A DNA stretch of 64,000 nt, taken from IMG/VR virus record IMGVR_UViG_3300021399_000131, positions 26,387 to 90,386 of that record; one strand, 5' to 3'. The notes under the pieces are model-generated. The model saw only the letters and a program-made list of their open reading frames with translations. It was not told the origin of the DNA and searched no databases. Every line of letters begins with the position of its first letter. Position 1 is the first letter of the stretch. Source of the DNA: a virus (lineage: Duplodnaviria > Caudoviricetes). Below, piece by piece: positions 19,701 through 28,700 of this stretch. The translations under genes and the position numbers were made by a program.

Positions 19701-22700
19701 TTTCTTTTACTTTATCTTTAGGCTTAGCATAAGAGAACAAGAATTTATTAAATATAGGCTCACCATTTTCATCTACTGCTAAATCATCATCATCATCTTT
19801 TTCATACACTATATTTTCACTAATAGCTTGTTGCCATTCAACAGATTTACCGATTCCTCCATTAATAAGCCTATTAATTAAAGTTTTATTTATAACAAAA
19901 TCAACATTCTCATCTATCCATTTTTGAGTTTCTTTTGTTCTTTGATTTTTATTTCTATTTAATCTAAGTTTTTGATAAAGATCACCAATTTCTTTAATAA
20001 GAGCCAAACCTTCAGGAGTATCAGGAATTTTATGAAAATCTATTGTTTTAGTAGCTTCATTATATAATGGTCTAAGCTTTTTATTAAGCTCATCAATTAT
20101 TTTTATTCTTTCTACATTTACAGTAGATGTACCAGAAAGTTTATTATAGAAATATTTAGTGAATACTTCATTAGTTGGCTGAGCATTGCTGAGAAGAATT
20201 CTGTCAGATTCTATAGGAATTAAATCATTATGATAAAAATTATTAAGCATAATTTGTATCTTTTTTAATTCCTCAGGAGTAAGTAATCTAGCATCAATAT
20301 TTCCATATTTATCAGTAATCACTCTATCAGCAGCAATAGATCGTATATACCCCAATACAGCACTCGGTGTAGCGTATCCTTGTAAACCTAATATAGCCTT
20401 AGCTTTAGCAATTAAAGAAGAATACAGTTGTGGTAATCTGGTAGCAGCATCTTTAATTTCAGCTAAAGACATATTTTTTATGTCTAAAGCTTCAACTTTA
20501 ACAAGAACATATTTAGCATTAGTTGCTATCCATTTTTTAGCATTAACATAAGTTTCATTTTCCATTAGTACTGACAAAGGAGTTATTAATTCTCCATCAG
20601 CACCACGTTTTTCAAATGAAGATACAACTTGTAAGTTTCTTTCTAATGTTTCTTTAAAACCAAACTTTTCATCATATAAGAAATATGTTCTATCTAAATC
20701 TTGATTAGCAGTTATAAACTGGTCTAATATTCTTCCAGCTTCAATACTATAAATAGCTTCTTCATCACTGCAATTAGAAAAATCATATTCACTCTCAGTT
20801 AATACACCATATTCATCTAACTTATTTTCTACTCTTAAATTTTCAGCAGAAGTACGTTGAGTATATTCGTTTGTATTAGGGTCAATATAAGTTTCAGATG
20901 AACGAAGACTATAAATTTTATTTGTTATTTTCTGTATTTCTTGTAATTTATCTTCATCAATACCTTCTTCTGTAATATAATCATAAAGTTGAACACGTTC
21001 ATAATATAATTTATAATAAGTTTCTGCTAACCTAGGATTAGTATCTAAGAATCTTTCCAGCATTACACATTTCTGAATATAATATTCAGGAGAAGCTGGT
21101 TGATTACAATGAAGAGCTTTAAATTTATCAAATTCCAATTTAGCTCGCATATGTTTAATACTGCCTAATCCTCCATCAGGATCTTGAATAGCTGCATCAA
21201 TATTTGCTTTAAGTTCTTCTATTTTATCAGTGAAAGAACTATTATAATCTTGTACCCATCTTCCATGTTTATCTACCATCTTAGATACATCAAATCGTAA
21301 ACCTTTACGTTCAGCTTCTTCTTTGAATTTAGTCATTCTATTTCTAAATTCCTTAACATATCTAAGAGTAGCGATTCTTTGGGCATCAATATTACCTAGT
21401 ACATCTTTCATCATTATTTGCAAAAATGGAGTACCATTTTCAGCAATATCATTAAATCTCCACATATCACCATAGGTTTTCCAAAAGCCATCCATTATAT
21501 CTATAAAGTTTTCACGTATAAGTGGATTACTACTTATATCTTCAGCTTTACGATGTTTATACATATCTTTACAATGTTCTATTGGAAGAGCTTTAACCAT
21601 CGCTATATCTGCTTTTATACTCTCTAATGCAAACTTTTCAGCTTCAGTTGGATTTTCTAATTTAATACTTTCATAAATACCGAAATGTCTTATAAAAGAT
21701 TCAGCTTCAAGTATGTTATCAAGATATTCTCTTTCAGCGGTAATATCTGAAAATACATGAATCATGGCTTTATCATCTTGCATTCTTACAGCTCTAACAG
21801 AATCGTCAGGATCAGGTCTAAATACATCAAAATTATGTTTAAGTTGCATAGCTGCAGCATGAGCAAACTTAGCAGTTTCTTGGTCAACTAGAGTTTTATT
21901 TTTATCTATAGTAGAAATACTTCTAGTTACATTATTATTATGCATCATTTGTAAATATTTAAACGATGCTAAATCACCTTTATTTCTAGAAACTCTATTA
22001 GCATAACCTATAGTATCACTATGACAATCTAATATAGTTCTAGCATTTGCAGTATCATCATTATCGTTTTCTGTAGTGCTATCTCTAGAAAAGTCTAAAT
22101 CAACATAATATAGTTGGTCTATAAATTGTTGATTAGAATTTTGAGCAGATTTAATAATTTCTCGTAAAGAAGAATTTTCTTCAGAATTAGGATTTTCTCT
22201 AGGTTTAAAGTTACCTTCTCCATCTTTTGTTGCTAAATATTTGTAATTTATACTGTCCCACCAATCACGAGAAGTTTCTCCTGATGTAGCATATTTACCA
22301 ATTCTTACTTTTAATGCAGTACCATCTGGAAGAACAATTGTTTGTGGTGAGACAAATAAATCCCCTGTAGTATGAATGTATGAAGAAAAAGCTTTATTTC
22401 TAATAAATAGAGTTTGTGTAACTCCAGGTCTAAAGTGAGCTTTAATTCTATTTTTTATTAGTAACCATTGACCACCAACTTTTTCAGCTAATTCGTCAAG
22501 ATTAAACGGGTCTGTAGGAATAGAATCAGTTAAAGCTTTTGCATCTTTATACCATGCAGTTCTTTCTCTAGTTTCTTCAAATCTTTCAATTCTTTCTTTA
22601 ATCCATTCTTTATCAAAATTAGCAACAAAGTTTTCTCTTAATTCTGCTATAATACTTCTATATAAATCTCTATCTAAAATTTTTCTATTATTTTTTGCAT

Positions 22701-25700
22701 CAATACTCCACAGACTATCTTCATTTGTTCTTAGATTAGTCAACGGATATAGTACAACATGAGTAGGAACACCTTTAGAATTAAATAAGAACGGTTCAAT
22801 CTTATATAATGTGTTAGTACCATCAGTATCTATTAGTCTTATATATTTATTGATACCATAATCACCAGTAATGCTGTGTTCATAAATAATTCCAAGTTTA
22901 ACTAAATTATCTACGTGATTAGTGTCACTAGAATTAAGCATTATAAAACCACCATAACTTCTATGAGTAAGATGATATTTTTGTTTACTTCTATTTGTCA
23001 ATCTAGTAGTTTTTATACCTTGAACTTTAGGATGACTTCTTAAATAGTTTTCATACAAATCTTCTATAAACTCTAAATATCTTTTAGATACTCCATTGTT
23101 TAAATCATTTATTCTTGTTTGAACATCTGGAACAAATCTAATACCATCTTTTAACTCACCTTGTAACAGTATATCATTATCTATAACTTTCATAACAGCG
23201 GTTTTAGTCATTCTAAAACCTTCTACTTGAGCAGCATATTTAATTATATCTATAGCAGCAGACATCAAAATAGGATTATTATTACGATAAGCCCGTCTAA
23301 ACAATGAATAAATATGATTTATATCTGTACTGTCTTCTTCAAAAGCTAGCGATTGAGTATTGGCTTTAGTTCCAGCAGCACTTAAATTAACTAATGTAGG
23401 TTTAATATAAGAAAATAATCTAGGTTCTGAAAAATTAGCTCTAATCCAAGCTACTTTTTGAGCAGGAGAAAATTTATCAAATATCTCCATTTCTTCATTA
23501 GTAGGATTATTTATATCTGCAGGTTTAAATTCTACATTTTTACTAGATATGACGTTACCATTTTCATCACGTTCATAAGTAGTAATAAACAATCCAGGTG
23601 GATAACCATATCCATAAATTCTTCTACGTTCTTCTTCTCTATTTAATTCTCCAAAACTTAATTCTGGTTGACCATTATTTACTCTTACTTTTATATTATT
23701 TTTTACAACAACTGTGTCAGAATATAAACTAGCTAGTAAATACTTTTGAAAATCTCTATATTGTTGTTCTGTTAAACGAGGATTATTACCACTTAAAACA
23801 CTACGTAGTCCATTACAAATAGATACAAATCTAGGTTTTTCAGTGTCAAAAAGGTGCTTGCTAAGTATAAGACTAGTACAAGTAGCATTACGTAAAAATG
23901 CGTATAATGTAGGATATTTGCTTAATTGAGTATCTGGTACCTGATTCATATTGCTAATAATATCTTCAGCAATACCATCTGCTACATTACATCCTGGATA
24001 TATAGCTTCTAATATATGTACATCGGCTTTCTTATAGTCTTTTGCTATTAATATTGGTTTTCTAGGAGATTTAGCAAATTGTCTATCTTTAGTAATTACA
24101 CTGCCTTCTTTTTGTTTATATACTGGAGTAACAGTATCTTTTTTATACAAACAGTCATCTATGTTTTCTAGTACTTGCCTAGTTTCATATATGCTTTGTT
24201 TAGCACCAAATTTATCAGGATTACAGCATCTAGCAATATCACTTATATCTTTAGCAATTATTTGAAGATTATTGAAAATAAGAATATTTCCTAAATCAAA
24301 TAATAGTTGATTTAATTTTCCATCAGCTTTGTCGTTAGCAAACATTCCTTCTTCTTGAATTCTATCATTTATAAGTTTTGTGATAATAGGAAAATTAGAA
24401 TTAAATGAAAGATTTTTATATTCTTCTTTACCTGTTTCTTCATTAAATGTAGCTTCTCTTTCAAATATAGTTCCTATTTTATCTCTATATTTCTCGTTAA
24501 TTCTATCAATAATTTTCTCTATAGGGAGGCTATACCCCTCATTATCTGTTGTAGCTATATCTAATTCTGAAGCAATTTGTTTAATAGCATTAACAACAGG
24601 ATTACCATAACTAGCACCAAATACAGAATTTAATCTATTGTAATCATTAATAACTCTTGTTATTCCAGGTTGCATAATAAATGGAATAGCTGCTTCATAA
24701 GAAACACCACAATTAACAAGAGTTTTAAATGCACCAAAACTATAAGTATTTACATTAGGAATATTACCTTCTTTAACTGCATCAAGAATAAGAGCTGTAG
24801 TTTGAGAAGAATAAGCTGTTAGTATTTTGTCAGCCATATTTCTATTTGTTTCACTCCAACCATATTCTTTATGTTCAAACTCTAAACCATACTTATGTTT
24901 TTTAGCCTTTCTACCATAGTTTCTTTTTATAGTATCATTATTAGTTGTTTCAGTTTCTTCATAAACAACTTTAATTTTTTTAGTTAGCGTTGGTCTAACA
25001 GTATTACAAACAGAACAAAAAGTATCAAGTGTTACACTCAATGCTTTCAAGTCTGCTCCACTCATTGCATCTTCTTGATATTGTATTTGATCAAATACAT
25101 TATTTGCACTAGTGTTATTACGACGAGCAGCTTCTAACATATTCATAACAGCATTTCGTACTGCAACAATATCATCAAAATTAGACCTAGATAAATTCTC
25201 TTCTAATGCTGATTCATCTTCCAAAATAGATTGCATAAGTCGCAAAAGTTCATTATCTCTAGCGACTTTACTATTCAATTTCTCAGTATTCTCAGAACTA
25301 ATAAATTCTTCATATGTTAAAAGTCCTGCTTCTTTAGCTATCTTATTATAATCTTCTATATTATTTAATATTTCTTGTCTAAGTTCTTCTCTATATTTTT
25401 CATTATATACTTCTTTTGTACCATTGTTATAATAATCTATAGTATTTGAATAAGCTTCTATCACAGATTTGATAGCTTCTTTAACCTCATCTACACCAGG
25501 AACATTAGGCTTAATTTTATATAATCTTTCAGTAAGTTCTGTTATAAGTCTTTGACTAAAATCTAATTGTATTTCAAAAGGTGTGCCACCAGTTTCTCTG
25601 CTTTCATTAGATACTCTTTTTCTAAGTTTCTTGAATATTTTATCACCTGTTACTTTCTTTGTATCTAACGCATGAGTTTCAGCAAGAACATTTAACAGAT

Positions 25701-28700
25701 TAGCCCATGCTTCTTTATTTCTAGCTTTAAGTTTATTTTTTTCTTCATCTGTTTTAGCTTTTAACTTAGTTCTAGCAGAAGTTTTGTTATTTTTAATACT
25801 GTCATCAACAATTTTATCTTCAAATCTTCTAAGATAATTAATATAATCAAATTCGTCAAACTTTTTTTTATATTGAACGTTTAATAACTCACCATTTCCT
25901 TTTTTGTAAGTATTGTATTGTATTGCATATATAGAGTCAATATCGAAATCAGAACCTGTTTGAGCAACCCATTCGTCAGGTACGACAATAGTAGACCCTT
26001 GAGCATCGTCAAGTAGTCCAACAATCTTCATATTACAAACAGATTGTTTACCTTCTGTAGGAATACGATAACCAATTATATCTAAAAGTCCTTTAGATTC
26101 TAGTTCAACAAGAATTTCTTCTTTAGACATATTCTTATAATAAGAAGAATTTCTATCAAGACCTAAGAAAGATAAAGGAACCATTATTTCTATATAACCT
26201 GCAGTTTTCTTTATTTTCTTTCCATCTTTTTCAATTTCTATTTCTGGATGATAGCGAAGTTTTTTATCGTATGTTACATTTTTAGCATCAAAAGCAGGGT
26301 CATTAAATATATCTCGAATAGATTTAAAGCCTACATTAGTAACCTGAGCAGCATGAAAACCTTTTAAAGTTTGTCTTGTGATACTATGATTTAATACACT
26401 TTGAGCAATAGATTCAAATTTTGTTAGAATATTGTTCATATATGACGGCATATATGGTTCATTAGTATCTATATCTAATGTAACATATTTAAGCATATTG
26501 GTATCCATACCATTACGCATAGCCTCATCTTTGAACTTATCATAAAGAGCTTTCTTATTCAAACCTTTGATAGTTCCATCAGAATTTAAATCTATTTTAC
26601 CATTTTTAGAAGGAATATCCAACTCGTCTAATAAATCAGCTAAAGATTCATCAATATTAGAACAAAGAAGTTTAAAATACTTCGCTTTAATATCCGCTAA
26701 TCTTGGATGATTTGGTGGAATATTATCAATAAGTTTTTTTAGTATCTGAATACCTGCTTTATTTTCAGCATCCATATGTTGTGGAGTTTCTTGCTGACTA
26801 TATAAAGAAGTATAATAATAATTTTGTCCATTAGCATTGAATTCATCAGCAAATTTTTGAATTTTTGCATCACTAATCATTCCATCGTCACCAAGATAAT
26901 CAATATTTCCATCATTGTCCCAAAGTTTCAATACCGTTTCATTAGCTGCTTTAGAAGTTTCAACAGTATTAAGTTGATCTATATTTCCACGTTTCATCAT
27001 TTCATATACTTGATACAACTGAGTACCTCTAATAAAACGAGGAATTAAAACAAATTCTGCGTTCTTGATTTGTCTAGGTGGAAATAAACCATAATCTTCA
27101 TCTTCTATAAAATCATAATAATAGTTTTTTTGTACTTGAACAAAGGCATTTAAATCTTTAGCAGTTAATGGTTGACTTTCATCCATTATTTTTTCTATCA
27201 AAGGCATATATTTTTTCAACATACCTTTTGCATCAAGACGCCTAATAAATTCTTCAAAAGTTATATAAGATTGAGCATCATTAACTTTTGTATCAGTAAA
27301 ACCTCCTCTACGAACAGGTTCACCATTCTTATCTTTCTTTATAGTACCATCAGAATTAAATTGTATTGGACCATAAATTAAAGTTGCAGCTTTAGCTCTA
27401 GCAGCTTCTTCAGTAATTTTAAGTTCTTTCTTATAAATTCTAGTCAAATCATCTACTAATCTGTCAAAGGTTGCATTTCTAGAATTCTTACTATTAGCTA
27501 TAGTTACAGCTCTAAAACCATTTCTAGGACTAATATCCAAACCCCATTTTTTAAATAACGTTTGTACACCAACATCTTCATATTGCAGTTTTCCATCAAC
27601 CTCAACTTGTTCCATAACAGGTTTACCATCTTTCATATATGGTGTTCCATCAGGTTTAAGTTTTTGAGCCATTTTAGGTCGCTGCATTATTCCCTTAGTT
27701 ATAAAACTATTATTTACAGGATGTAATCCAGTATTACCATATTCAGAATCTACTAAACTACCTCTAATAGTTCCAGCTAACTCAGTAAAATCAGCATTTG
27801 AATAAGATTTACCAGCAGCTTGGTCTTGTTTAGCTCTTTTAAATATTGTTCTAGTATCTTTATAAAACTTTGAATCTCCTTCAAAAATATCACTACTAGC
27901 ATTATAAAATAGAAGATAATTTATAGCAAACTCTTCCATTTTATCATAAGTTTTTAAATTATCTTCTGTAATAAATTGTTCAAAGTTATTTATTTCTTCA
28001 ACAGCTTGTTTCAGATATTCTTTAAGAAATGCTTCAATTTTATCACCAACTTTCTTTTCTTGTTCTGGTGTTAAAACAATATCAGCAACTTTCAAGTTAC
28101 TTGATTCATTTGTGTCTTGAGGGTCACTTTCAAAAACAATATGTAAATTAGTTCCAGTTTCATTGCCATAAAGCAAATTTATCATTCCTTTATCAGTATC
28201 GGCTATTTCAGAACTAATACATTCTTCAAGAAATTTTCTTGCTATAATATTACCTTTGTCATCTGTTGGATAATTACCTTCATCATCAGTAGCAAATAAA
28301 TTGAATCTATCAGAATGAAATACATTTCCTAACAAATTAACACCATATTGTTTATGACCATCTTTAGGTTTTTTTGCTTCAAATAATTTTCCATCTTTTA
28401 GATGATAGAAATTATAGCCTCTTAATGTTCCATCTACATTTTTAATTTTAGGGTCATCTTTTAATACAGGAATACCATTTCCATCAATATCTATTTCATA
28501 TGTACCATTAGGGGTTTTAATAAATTTGAAGTAATGATTCAGTGCAGTAGCTGCATCAAGAAGTTCTTGCTTAAAAGTATTAAGCATCATTTTATAAACA
28601 GGGTGTTCTCTATTTATAATTTTATGTATTTGCTTAAATTCTTCACCATTTATAACTTGATTTCCTTGTTCTAATAAGTCAGTCATTTTCTTATCTATTA